Of a DNA stretch of 64,000 nucleotides, positions 48,416 through 62,091 are shown piece by piece. The first letter of the stretch is position 1. Every line of letters starts with the position of its first letter. This stretch comes from Pelomyxa schiedti (Eukaryota > Protista > Evosea), in assembly GCA_020536535.1 (NCBI GenBank), contig JAHLWZ010000846.1, positions 1-64,000 on the forward strand. Reading direction: 5' to 3'. The translations under genes and the position numbers were made by a program. Under the pieces are notes generated by a model that was given only the letters and a program-made list of their open reading frames with translations, was not told where the DNA came from and made no database searches.

Positions 48416-51400
48416 ATGGGAAACATCACTCCCCTGCGTGCGTCGACGTCCTCGCCCTCGAGGCCTCGCTCTGGAGCCCTTTCTGGCATGAGCCTGGTGA
48501 CCGTGGCGACGGTGATGCTTCTAACGGCCGGACTGAGCCGATCACAGACCACGCAGTGCAACGACGACTGCTCGGTGTGCGGGGGGTACACGCCCACGGC
48601 GGCCCCGACGACGTCGGCGACGTGGGCGGTGGCCAAGGGGTCGACCAAGATGAACGTGACGTTCTCGGTGTACTACACTGGGTTTGGCATAAAGTGCCAG
48701 CCAAACGGCACCAAGCTGTCGACTGTGGCGCAGTTCAAGATCGAGTATTCGAGGGGATCTCCGACCCTGGCGTACCTGAATGGCACCGCTACAACGAAAG
48801 CGCTGGATTTGTATGGCCACAGATCCGTGGGTACGACGCAATAAACAACAATCTCTATTTATAGGTTTTTGTTTTGTTATTCATGTTTTCGCTTTTGGTT
48901 TTTGTTTTGTTTACCTTAATCTTTCCCCTTTTATGTTCTTGCCTCACAAAAACTTTGTGGTGCAGTGAAGCAATTATCAAGTGGAGTTTATTGGTGGCAT
49001 GCTGCACCGATGCCAATGAAACTGTTAGAATTTTCTATGAAAACCTAAACTACCCTAAATAACACCTAGGATCGGCTGTACCGACCTTGTTCCTGCAAAC
49101 AGTATCATAAAGTTTAGCTGTCCTTACCCGTCATACATTTGGAGTATTTCGTACGCATACGGCTTTAAGACTACCCCACCTACTTGTTCAACACCTAAGT
49201 CAGGCCCAAGTAAGTTTTTTTTTCTTTTGGGTTAAAAGAAATCATTCTTGTAAGGTTATTGTGGTAGTATCAGTTCTGCAATCTCCACCGCTTGTGTTGA
49301 CCCTAAGAATACATCATGTTCATACAAACTTGTGGATACTGGACCGTGCCATGCAAATGAATTCAAACATGTCTTCATTTCCTATCGGTGTTCTGGCTAC
49401 CAAATCCCAGCTTCTGATACAATACAAAGTTTCTGTATTCTGGCATATCCTTCAGCACCAGGAATAAGCAGTCCAACTTCTGGATCAGTTTTATTTGTGT
49501 GTCTACTCCTGGTCCCCCTTTTTTTTCTAAAATGATGCCTTTAAGACGCGAACTCTTCTCTTGAAGTGGACGGTACCTAAGACTATTACCCCCTGTCCCA
49601 GCTACAAAATTCTTTATGATGTAAGCTACTCTTTCGTAACAAAATCTGGCAACACGACAAGAACACAAAAGGGTGTAAATACAACATCCCTACTTGTTTC
49701 TTTTTCTTCTGATGGTGTTTGCTTCTGGGTAAGGAGCTCACTCAAATTATCTTGATGCCAATCTTTGATAGAATGTGACGGCCGTGGTATATCAAGGGTC
49801 GGCGCAGACATCAACATCTTCCTCGATGTGGAATTTTACATTGACTTCTCCCCAGCCACCAAACCCTCCCCGCCAAATTTACCCCAAAGATGGAGTATAT
49901 CAGCCAGAGAACCCACCACTACTTAAATGGGGAATGATGGATGGCAAGTAAAGTCTCACCCTTCAAATCTACTAAATTTCAAAGGTCCAAGTTGCCCTGC
50001 TGGGTTTTCCTTGTTCTGGCCAAACTTAACAAGCCCTGTTTACTGCTACAAATTTGTGTTTGAACCGCGCACTTGGAGCAGTGCCAACCATTCCTGTCAT
50101 TCGTATGGAGTGGATGTGACTCTGGCATCATTTTTATCAGCTGAAGAGTTGACTTTCGTAAAATCCTCCATTACTTACAATGGAACGTTTTGGATTGGGC
50201 TTCATGACATTCAGTAAGGTGATTTTTACCAACTTTACTTATTTTTTAAGGCCTGAGGGATCCTTTTCGTGGCTTGATGGCGCCAGTGTTACGTATCTGC
50301 CTCCAGGAGGCGTAAAGGGATTCAACAATGATAGTTACGATTGTGTCTCTGCTTCTACATTTGATTCTGACTGGTATGTCGGCTCTTGCAGCAAATCTAT
50401 GTTTTTCATTTGTAAACAAACTGGTAGTACAATGTCACTAGAGGTTTACTTTAACGTGAAATAAGGTTTCAATCTGAATGTTCCGGCCTATCAGTCCTGG
50501 AGTGTTTACCTTGGTACTGCTGGTAGTACACCAGCACTGATTGCATCTGGGTTGCAGTATCCCTGGTACCAACACAACATTCCTCTCCAAGACGGTGTCT
50601 ATAATTGGTATGTTGTGGCAAACAACACCCAGTATCAAACACAATCCATTTCCACATTCAACTTCACGTACTGTACACCTTCACCACCATGGCCGTTCTC
50701 TCTGTTGACTCCTACTCCTGGTCAAGTCTTTTCTTTGCTGAACATGTCGACTTGCAACGTTACCTTGACTTGGGCAATACCCACATTTATGGGGCAAAGT
50801 TGTCCAGGCACAGGTTTGCCATTCGAGGTGTCATTCCAATTTACATTCATTGAAAGATGGATTTTACCATATATACCTTGATGACACTTTTCTGGGAACT
50901 ACATTGGGCAATCAGTTGAGTGTAGTAGTAGCGACATCGAACCACACATGGTACGTTACTGCGGATAATAGTGCACTTCAAAGGAACTCCTCTAAAGAGT
51001 CTTTTCTGGTGTGCACTTCTATGCCCGAGGGAACACCAAGTCTCATTTCTCCTTTAACTGGAGACATATTTATTATTGGGGAGTCTCTTCAGTGGGCCCC
51101 AGTGAGCTTTGGATATAATTGCCTTCCATCAGTGAAAGTTCTCATGCTGTGGTACAGCCGAAATATAAGCACATACAATGATACAAGGGCTTGGCTGTCT
51201 TTACCTTCTTCAAATGCGACCTTCTATTCTCCATCTGACCTCAGTGGAGGCACTTTTTACTGGGCCGTCAAGGCAAGCAATTCTATGCTCAGCCCAGTTT
51301 CTTATGTGCAAAATGTTACTGCCTGCAGCTACCAAAAACCCAGTGAGCCACTACTTTCTCCCGAGTCACCCTATGAGACTACCTGGAGCAATGTAACTCT

Positions 51401-54400
51401 TGAATGGCAGATAGCTTCTTGTGGGGAGTCTTGTGCAACACCACCACTCTGCAATGTCACGGTCATTTTTAACGGCACAGTCGTCTGGGCAACAGCCCCA
51501 ACAACAGGCTCTTTTACTGTGTCAAATTTAACTGCTGGAGATCTGTGGTGGTACGTTTATGTTAACAATGGACATCTTGAAAATGTGGGTGTGGGCAGTG
51601 TTTCTTACACTCCCCCTGCTCCGCCCATAACCAACACAACTGTTGCTGTGAATAAAACTGTTTCTGTCAATTCAACAGTCACTGTCAATACTACTGTACC
51701 ACTCAATACAACCGTGACAGTGAACTCTACCGTTGCCATGAATTCGACTGTTTCCGTCAATCACACGGTTGTTATCAACGCAACAGTCTCTGTAAATTCG
51801 ACTGTGACGGTGAACAAGACCAAAACTGTAAACACAACTGTAGCAGTAAATGTCACTCACACTACTTGGGAATTGGTACCTGTAAACTGCACGGAGAATG
51901 TCACGATCTCTGTTAATTGTAGCGATGGTTCTCAAAAATCAGTGCTCTGTGCGAGCAACGGGACCATCTCAATCAACTGTACTATGGTTATAGTTACCCG
52001 CGAAAATGTTACTGTGACTGCTAATATCACTGTCGCTGAGAACTCCACAATTTTGACTAATTCAACAATTCAAGTGAATAAAACTGTGACAGTAAATGAA
52101 ACTGTAACCAAAAATGTAACAGTTATTGTGAACCAGACAGTGACTATCAATACAACTGTTCCTGTCAACCAAACAGTAGTAGTAAACACTACAGTGCCCG
52201 TTAATCAAACAGTAGTTGTCAATGGAACCCTGCCTGTACTGTGTAACTGCACTCCTCCTGACGTGCCAATTTTATCCACTCCAGTTAATGGGTCTTATTT
52301 TCTTAGTACCCAAGTCACTCTGGAATGGGGTTCAACTTACAAGTCTTTTGGAAAAACTTGCAACGCCTCTAATCTCAAGCAATTTATTGTTGAATGGCGT
52401 CAGGATGGCTCACAACACTGGAATTCTTCCATCTCATATGGAAAGACAATCACTAATGATTTCGCCCCTGCATCGTGGTGGTGGCATGTCATAGCAAATA
52501 ATGGAGTCCTCAATTCTACTTCAGAAGACAGACTCTTCCTTACATGCCTTACTTCAACACCCAAGCCACCTCAAAATTTGGCTCCCGCGGGTCTAGTTCT
52601 GGGAGCACTACCAGTTACTATTTCGTGGGAGTCACCAACTGATTGGGGGATTTCTTGCAAGCAAGCACAGTTCTTTTCGTTGATTTTCAATGGAGTCTCT
52701 CTCAGCTTCTCTTCTCAGACAATGCAATTTGTATCGTCAGTAACAGTAGGTACACTAAATAACGTTTCTGTGGCCGCATGCACAATGACGAAGTGTTCCC
52801 CAAGAATTTACTCCGCCTTTACATACTGTGTTCCAAGTGAGCTAAATGAAGCTCCGAACCCTCTAGAACCCGCAACTGGAGAAATGGTTCAAAATAATGC
52901 TCCTATCTTTTCCTGGAAAGCTCCGTCACTTGGGATTGTATGCACCAACAGTCACTCTTCATTTGTTGTGTTTGTTCTGGGGAATTCAAAAACATCAGAG
53001 GTCGTACTAAACACTACATTTAGTATCAACACTACTTCCTACGTTCTTGCCACGCCTTTACCTGATTTGTCTGTTGAATATTACTGGAGTGTTCAATACT
53101 TTAATGGAGAAAAATATACGCCTGCTGCCCTGAGCACATTCAGCACATGTAGTCACCAGCCTCCTACGTTGCCTGTCCTGCAATACCCATGCAATGGATG
53201 CACACTAGATTACACTAGTGTTATTGAAGTGGGCTGGTCCCAGCCTAGTTGTGGAATCACTTGTCCATACAATAAACCATGCAAAACAATTTTATTCCTC
53301 AACAATGGAACAGTTACACTGACTGCACTACCACCTTCTACCAGGTTTTCCTGACTTTGTCTCATCCCACTGTTGACTTTATACAATCGCAGTTATACCG
53401 TTTTCCCATCTTTTGAAACAGTTGAAGGAAATGTGGTTCTATCACCTGGAAATTGGAGTTGGAGAATCGCCGTTAATAATACCGAAATACATGTACGTTT
53501 TCCAGATCCCTTGTTACAGAGTGTAATGTGGTTAAATTCTAGGTTCAAACAATTCCCAGTGTGTTCTTTTTGTGTAAATCGCAGCAGCCTTCTCCACCCA
53601 CTCCTCTCTTCCCTCCGTCTGGATCTGCATTTTCCCAACTCTATGTTTATTTTAATTGGACTGTTCCGGCTTTTGGGAAGAGTTGCCTTTCTGAATCTGA
53701 AAATGTGATGACCTTTATGTTGATGAAGCTTGGAAGTGATTACCTTTCCGCAACAACTCTCAGTGTTCCATTTACTTCATTGAGACTCGAAGAAGGTTCC
53801 CGACAACTAGCTCTCCTTTACTCACAGTAACACAGGCAGTTATGAGTGGTGGCTAACTTCCTCTAACGGTGGCATGGAATCAGAAGAATCAGCGCATTTT
53901 TCTTTTAGTCGTAAGTACATCATGTTTTGTTATTTTTCACCCCCATGCCAGTGTGCATCCCCAAGGCCCCAGGTTACCCTGCCCTCGTATTTCCTTTAGA
54001 GGGAGAAATGGTTCCTCTTGATAGCCCTGTTGTGATAACCTCTCTTTATGACTGGGGTACCGAGTGCCACAATAATGGACCACGCACATACAAATTATTC
54101 ATAACTGAGCAAACTTCGTCCTGGCCTTCGGTTGAAACAGATTTAATATCACATGAGGATAACATGCCGGTACATTTGGAGTTTAATGCTGGGAATTGGA
54201 GTTTAGATCAAACGTATATCCACCACTTTGCTGCTTCTTCTCCTCACAATGCAAATCAGATACTACTGGAGAGTTAGAGTAACCAACACGGTATGACACT
54301 TACAAGGGTAGAGGTCTTCTAATTCTTGTTAGGAACCCATCCAAGCAACAACCGATTACTTTCGGTTTACTGCTTGCGTACCATGGTCCCCAGTAGCCCC

Positions 54401-56462
54401 AACACTACTCTTCCCCGTTGATGCTTTCAACGTTTCCTATTCAGAGAAAATACTCTTTGCTTGGAGTACAATAGCCACATGGGGACACATATGCCCTTCT
54501 GACGGTTATTCTCTGACCTTGCAGTTCATTTTAATGGCAGAGATCGGTATGTAATACCTCCAAAAAATTGACTTAACCTTATGAAGAGAACTCCACCAAT
54601 ACCTGGTCTGTTATTCAAAATGCAAGTGTTCTTCCATCTGCGACATCGACATTGGCACCAGTTGCGTCAGGCACCAACTATTCATGGTTCTTGGTAATGT
54701 CAAATGGATGGGAATCTGTGATAACTCAAATTGCCTTCTTTGGTACCACAAAAGAGTGTGTCGTATATATCACTCAACTACCGTACTTACAGGCAGTTTA
54801 GTCCCTGCTCAAAAATTCTTTGTGTCCGGGGAACTTGTGTTGCCTACAGCAACGGTACTGTTGATTGCCTGTGTTACCCAAATTGGCATGGAGATTCCTG
54901 TGATAAAATGGACAGTGACGCTAAAGGTAACAGTGGCTCCACAATGCAACACCCAACCAACCTTTTGAGTAGAAGGAAAAAAAAATATGAGACTTCTTGG
55001 CCTTGTTGCCGTGCCTGGACTCCTAGTACCTGCACTCTTGGGAGCTGCAGTATTTGTACTTTACAGAAGAAAACGCCAAGCTAGGTTGCGCTTACAATAC
55101 TCCAAAATTAGCAGATTACGGTATTTCAATCAGTTCTCCCAGTTTCTATAACATCTTGGTGGGCAGATTCTGTGAAGTTAAACGTTTGTATGAGGATGAC
55201 ACACTACTGGAATCTCATAAAGACGCCGTGCGGGAAACTTTGGTACTGAGTTTTCCCCTTACCTCTAGTAATGTTGTGCAGCTTAGAGAGGCAGAAGACG
55301 GTTCTTGGACTACATTGAAAAGCGTAATTCGAAGCACAGATATTACTCAACTAGATAATCTTGCTAAAAGCGCAGTATATTTCTTTGAGCGGCATGGAAA
55401 GGGATTGGATATGGTGTGCCTTCTGCCGAAATTGTAGTGCGAGGTTTCTTAAGACAATTTCAGATGCAATTTCTCATCACTGACGAAGTGAGAAATTGCA
55501 AAGAAGCCATAGCTCTATTCCGAGCAAATAGCTTCTCAACCAAAGCTTATAAGGTGTGTAGTACAAGGGCAAGCAATGGGTACTTATTCCGTAAAGTTCT
55601 ACTCAAAAATGGTTGGACTTTCATACCTTTTCCAAACTCTTGGAGTGTTATTTGAAGATATTTGGCGCGAAGCCGCTAATGAAGAGGTTTTTTCCTCCTC
55701 AACTTAGTACTGTAACTTACAGGTTTCAGGAAATGGGCAGTATCACCAACGGAAGCGTTGAAATGATCCAAACGAGCTATGAAGTAAATCCTGAGACTAT
55801 GACGGAAGAAGTTGACGAATCTGTCAATGCACTTGCTGTAAAACTTGTTTGCACTAAATTCCTTATCCAAGTGGCACTCTCCGCAAATCGGGTTCCTCTT
55901 TCCTTACGTCAAATATGTGCTACTATACAAAAAGAGGTTAGCAGCTGACAGCAAAAGCACTCTTCTATTCTTACTTACACTCTAGGTTTCTTCTACACTA
56001 CCCGAGTACACACGACAGTCCCTTGGTGCCTTCTTCTTCCTGCGTTTTATCAATACAGCAATCTCTGTTCCAGAGGGGTGTGGTCCCCACTGATATCGTA
56101 TAAAACAACAACTAAAATGTCTATAGCTATGGACTGCTGCCAGAAACTCCACCAGAAAATATTCGCAGGCAACTGATAGTTATTTCCAAAATACTTCAGA
56201 ACTTGGCAAATGGAGTAAAATTCGGTGACAAGGAACAGTTCATGATGAAGTTTAATGACTTCCTTGAAGACAACGCTGCGAAGCTTCTCAAGTGAGCCTT
56301 TCAACATTTTTTCCTATGAGTAATGACTGATTCTGCAGGTTCTATGAACAATTGTGTTCCCCCGGCCCTGGAACAGTAGAACCCATTGAGGTACCTGATG
56401 ACTATTATGAGCCCGCTCTCTTGGTACTCGCGTACCACATGGATTCCAAGGCAAAGCTTTGA
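48416..56462 (+). CDS. Giant type I transmembrane protein: signal peptide, C-type lectin domain, tandem FN3-like modules, N-glycosylation repeat, EGF-like domain, TM, cytoplasmic RasGAP domain
   Basis: CTLD (CPAGF...CYKF...TWSSANHSC...LAS...FWIGL...WLDG...WYVGSC...FFICK) at about 49990-50420; EGF CSKILCVRGTC...CLCYPNWHGDSCD; TM LLGLVAVPGLLVPALLGAAVFVLY followed by RRKR; GAP LFRANSFSTK, LGAFFFLRFINTAISVP, RRQLIVISKILQNLANG. Confidence 0.85.
51633..52229 (+). repeat. Hexapeptide (N-x-T-V-x-V) repeat, 13 + 13 units around a Cys-containing core
   Basis: 18-nt-period degenerate repeat in the 834-aa exon; units counted directly from the translation. Confidence 0.9.
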
Positions 56463-56702
56463 AATCGTCTCCAGTTTTTTTTTGTAAAACCATGGTTTTC
56501 ACTGATAGAAGTAAGTGTTCTAATCGAGAGATGATACCTGTGTTGCCTCCCACAGGAAATTATTTCTGTCCTGTTGTTTGGCCTATCTCTACCACTTTAC
56601 GTTTCTACGGAAAAGAAAAAGCAGAACATCAACGCAGCAGATAGAAAGGGGAAACGAAAAATAAAAAAAAAACCACCACACCACCGCGATCCAGCGCCCA
56701 TA

Positions 56703-59700
56703 ATGAAGAGGGGCTCCTTCTTCACCCTACGCAAAAGCAAGCCCCTAGCTGCTCTTGGCGGCGACACAACCACCGCCACCAAGCCCAGCGCCGACGGCGC
56801 CTCCTCTTCGTCATCGTCGTCATCATCGTCTTCGTCGTCTCTCGATGGAGCGACACGTCGCCCTGCGTCGTTGCAATCTGCGGTGCCGCTGGGCGGCGAC
56901 GTTGATGGCGGCGACACCTCGTCATCGTCGTCTTCGTCGACGTCGTCGTCCGCGGGTGGCGCGTCGCTCGACGACGGCGGGGCGCCGGACGCGGATCTGC
57001 TGGACTCGATGCCGCCGCCTCCGCCGCCGCCGCGCTTCGTGTGCCTGGCGTGCGGCATGGCGGCGCAGGACTGCAGTTGCAATGACGTGGACAGGACCCT
57101 GCTGCTGAGGGTGTGCGTGCCCGTCGTCATTGGTGACGTCACTGTCACTCAGAAGCAGGTGGAATGCTGTCAGAGGGCTATAAGGAGATACATGGAAAAG
57201 AGTATCTCTCTTACAACATGCTCACCCATTTCGAACAAACACACAAACAACAACCAACCCAACCCAAACCAAAATAAACAAACACAAGCAAAATCAATTG
57301 CACGCTAAAACAAAATTTGCAGAACACAACCAAATTCGCAGAACAAAAGTTGTGCAAGAGATACACACTACAGAGAAAACTTATGTGGGGCTTTTGGAGC
57401 ATCTCATTACTGTAACAATTGAAATACTTTGGGTTTTTGCTTATCTGTTGCGTACAGAATTACTTGGGGCCTTTACGAAAAGCTCAAGATAGTGGCTCAC
57501 AAATTCTTCCCAAAGAAATGATCGAGAAAATTTTCTCCAACATTGAGCATGTATTTGCAGTAAACCAAGTTGTTCAACGTATTGTATTCCCCAGTGGCTA
57601 AAACTTGATTTGCCCAGGAATTGTTGAAGCAACTTACAGTTCGGGTGTCAAGTTGGACAGAAGCCTCCACTGTTGGTGACATTTTTTTGGAGTTGGTATC
57701 AAATTTTGTTCTGTAAGACTTTTTCTTTTCCCTTACTCCCAGATAGGGCCCTTTCCTCAAAATATACACAACTTACTGTGCAAATTACTATTCAGGAATC
57801 ATGCAACTAGCAAGTCTTACCGAGAAATCTACACAGTTTTCCAGCTTTTTAATGGTTTTTTTTAAATTTTCATCTTTGCTTCCTCATGTCCATCGTTAGA
57901 AAGTGGCTAAAACAGGAGGGTCAAACCAATCTCTCCCATCCTTGTTAATTTTACCTGTGCAACGAATTCCAAGATATCAATTGCTATTAAAGGTTCGCAC
58001 TTGTTCTGGTTCTTGTTATTTCTTAAGTATTTGACAGGAACTTCAAAAGTTAACTGACCCGGCACACTCGGACTACGGCAATCTTGCAACAGCCTTAGGG
58101 ACAATAACCGAGGTTGCTCAACACATCAACGAAAACATCCGTGACAAACAACAACTAGAGAAGTTGTTGGCACTGCAGAAACAATTTAGTGGATATTGTC
58201 CTGTAATCTTTCTTGTTCCCCATATTTTATTATTTAGAATTATTCAGCCACTGTTTGGGAGGTGCAGAGCACTAGTTCGAGAAGGACCGCTGATTAAAAT
58301 ATGTAGAAAATCCCCGAAAATGCGGCACTTCTTCTTGTTCACTGATGTTTTGGTAGATACCCTTTTTTAAAAAACAATTCTTCAACTTGCTAACTGAGGG
58401 GGAAAATGCAGATTTATGGGGTCAAGATAGATTCTGTAACCGGAATTACTTACAAATACCACCGAAGTATCTCCCTTCTCCAGGGAAATGTTCGAGCCAT
58501 TAACGATCGCGCTAGTGTGCATTTAAAACGTTGTAAATGAAAGGTTAACATGACTAGAAATTCAGCATGCTTTTGAAATATATGGAAAAGAGAAGTCCTT
58601 TGTTGTCTGTGCTAAAGATGATGAAGAAAAAAGCTCTTGGATAAATGATATAAGCAAGGTGTGCCGAGAAGTAAACGCAGAAGCAAGAGTATCAAAAAGA
58701 TTCAGCAAACTTGGTATATTTCCAAGAAAAATTAATCCAATTAGCTAACTGGATATGACCACAAAGACTCGACTAACGTACTTCCAATAGGCCAACCGGA
58801 AGAGGAAGAAGAAGACTCGGTGGTCTCTGCCCCAGTTTGGGTCCCTGATAATGAGTCAGAAAATTGCATGAGATGTAACTTCAAGTTTTCATTTATTCAT
58901 CGTAGAGTACGACATCCACTCCTATTCCTTTAATGACTCATTTTCTTTTTTAAAATTTACATATGCATTACTAGCATCATTGCCGTAGATGCGGTGAGTT
59001 TTAGTCCAGTTCCTCCCCTTGGTAACTTCTATCATAACAGGTAAAGTGGTGTGTGGTGAGTGCACACGAAACAAGTACTTGCTCGAGAACGTCAACGAAT
59101 ATGCCAGGGTTTGCAAAGTGTGTTTTCAGGAATTAGTTAGCACATGTGGTGCTGAGAGGGGAATTGCCTCAGGAGAACTACCTGAAGGTAAGTGCATATG
59201 ATTTGTGAACCAGGTAAATTAATGCTTACGCAGACCCCTTGGAATGGAAAAAAGAAAATGTCAAAGACTGGATTGGCACAGTACAAGGTGGAATTTTTAA
59301 GAAGTACAAAAATGAGTTTAGAAAGTATGACGGAATGAAGCTATTTGAACTTGATCTGAAAGCCATCCATAAATACATCCCAAATGAGGAGCTTGCAGCA
59401 TCATTCTTCTACGAAATCAAGAAATTGAAGCAACAAACTAATGACCGAATTGGTCAAAATGCCGAAGCTGCTGCTGCTGGAGAAACGAAGCCTTCTCATT
59501 CGTCTAGCACAATAGGGACGTTGCCTGGAAGCAATCCTACACATTCACGCTCCGTATCATCGTCTTCAGAGGTTTTCCCTCCTCCCCCAAGCCGGGCAGT
59601 TCCTGATGCACCACCATCTCGGCCACCTCCAGTGAGGCCGGAAGATTCAGAAGAATCCTCTTCAGATTCTGGTTTTCTCCTTTAACGGGTTTTCTTTACA

Positions 59701-61198
59701 CTCACTGAATAAAGGAAGTGATACAGAAACCTCAGAGTCAAGTTCCGATGAAGAAGCTATTGATTCAGCCTCAGGTTTTTCTGGTTTGTCTCCAACTATC
59801 CTCCAAGTCATAATGTGCTAAATCAGGTTCACACAACCGCACTCCCAGTACTTCTATTCCGAGCAGAGAAGTAGCAACGCCCCTGCCCAACACTCCAGCA
59901 CCTGAGGTGTCAGCTCCAACGACTCCCCTTCCATCTGCCAATAAACCTGATGCATCACCTTCCATGTCTAAACCACCCCCACCTCCACCTCCCACAGCAC
60001 CTAAACCACAAAAACCAGCTCCCCCCACTGCCGCAAAGCCTATATTACGGACTCAAAAAAATGCAACTGGAAGCTTACAGCCCTCTGGCAGCTCACCATC
60101 CTTGATGGGTTCATCTTCTCCAAACTCTACTTTCACACGTACCAATTCTGGAACAGCATTGCATTCCAGTGAACCAAAAACCCATGCTAGTCTCAATATG
60201 TCTGTAACTCTCTCGCAACTCCCACCAGCCCCCCACACTGCCGCTCCCCGGCCCCCTCCCCAAACGGATACCTCCCCTCTTCCAAGTTCCACTGAAACCA
60301 ATCCGTTTCTCGAAACTGCCCATTTGCCAGCGGAGTCATCTAACCCTTTTCTGGATGAAAAAGCACCCACACACACTGTCTCGCCCCCACTCGCCACAAT
60401 GGCTCCTCCTTCTCGGACACCACCAACACCAAGCACCCCTGGTTCTCGCAAAAAGCCTCCTCCACCTCCCGTACCTTCTTACTCCCCTCATCCAGATTCT
60501 CCACCCCACCAGCCTCCCCCAGCACCCCCAAAGAAACCTTTACCTCCACATGAAAATCGCACAGTCACAGAGGCCCGTTCACCCAGTCCACCACTAACAC
60601 AACCACCCCCGAAACCACCAGTTGCTCCACCCAAAACAGACAACAACACTGACCAAGCACCAACAAGCTACTCCAACCCCTTCCTGGACAGTGATGATGA
60701 AAACCAAGAGCCACCACAACAAGCATCTTCTCCCTCACCGCAGCCTCCCTCCAAGTCGCACACTCCAGCACCCACTGTGGCAACTTCCCCGCACCCCGAG
60801 CTCCCACAATCTCACCCTGCAGCACCACCCAAGTCACCAGTAGGCCGAAACCCTCCCCCAGCACCACCCACACACACACAGAAAGTCGCTCCCCCTCCCA
60901 ACAAACCCCCAACGCCTCCAACGCCTGCAGCAGAGACTAATCCCTTCCTATCTGATGACAAACCAACTCCGCAAAAGCCCCAACGCCCAGTCCCTCCCGC
61001 CAAGCCACAACACAACAACGAGGTCGGCAAGCCAACCGCCTCTCCTTTCAAGAACGAAGCCCCCGCCGCCGAACCCCTAAATCCATTTTTGGACGACGAA
61101 ACACCAGCTTCAACTTCAACTTCAGCTTCAGCCACCGAATCGTCCTCCAATCCCTTCCTAGACGATGACAACCATGAAGATCCAGTGCAAGCTTCCAC

Positions 61199-61251
<53 letters not shown>

Positions 61252-61939
61252 CACAACCACGCGCAGTTTTCCAACCAAAAGTAAAACCATCAAGCACTCT
61301 CGCTTCTTCAACACCGGCAGCTCCACGCAACACAAACCCGTTCGAGGACGACGACGACGACGAAGGCTCACTACCGACGCCTTCCGTTCCGCTAAAGACC
61401 CCCCTATTTAAATCTGCTAGCAACATCACCACGCCATCACGCACCCCGGTGCCACCACCAAAGACACCCACGTCGGCGTCTACAGCCCATAACTCACAAA
61501 CATCCGGGACGCCACCCCTGAGGTCCTCAGAAAACGCTCTCACAAGCAGCAGCAGCGGCGACTCTGACAGTCTGCACTTCTCTATACCTCCGTTTTGTTC
61601 TAACATCACTAACCAACAGGTTCAACTCCCCAAGCGAAACACAGGCCTCTGCCACCAGGAGGCCGTCCACCGCCTCCGCCCCCAGGCTCAAATCCAGGTA
61701 TCATCACCTTTTTTTTGAGCCCCCTGTTTTGTGTGCCATCACTGATTTCCCATACCTCCAAAAAATAAAACAACAATCTCCTAGTTCTACGATCCAACAC
61801 ACCAAGTGCAGTATGAGTCCCAATCAAACAAACATACAAGTAACAGTAAACTAACAAACATAAGGTACCACCCAGATCTCCGTCTGTAGATCGGGATCGT
61901 CCCAGGGCACCACCACCTCCACCACCCAAAAAAATGTAA
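56703..61939 (+). CDS. FGD-like RhoGEF (DH-PH-FYVE) with SAM-like domain and long Pro-rich, NPF-containing tail
   Basis: DH: VVQEIHTTEKTYV, IFSNIE, LILPVQRIPRYQLLL; PH: LVREGPLIK...HFFLFTD; FYVE: WVPDNESENCMRC...RR/HHCRRC/GKVVCGEC...RVCKVC; SAM-like WKKENVKDWI...YDGMKLFEL. Confidence 0.88.
61200..61250 (+). repeat. Perfect (CAACAG)n microsatellite encoding polyglutamine
   Basis: caacag repeated about 8 times, giving Q17 in the RhoGEF tail. Confidence 0.9.
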
Positions 61940-62091
61940 TTTTATGACAGCACACCCCTGCGCTGTAAAAAGTGTTGAAGGTGTATTTTTTTGCTTGAAC
62001 AAAATTCTCTCAAATCTCTATTCCCCGGTTCCGTTCGTACAAAAACGAGGAGTTGGTGTATCCAGCATTAAAAAAATAAAATACCGCGGGG

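Noticed and set aside
51633-52229. Periodic sequence considered as a CRISPR array or DNA satellite
   Set aside because: No identical direct repeats with spacers; the periodicity is at codon level within an open exon.
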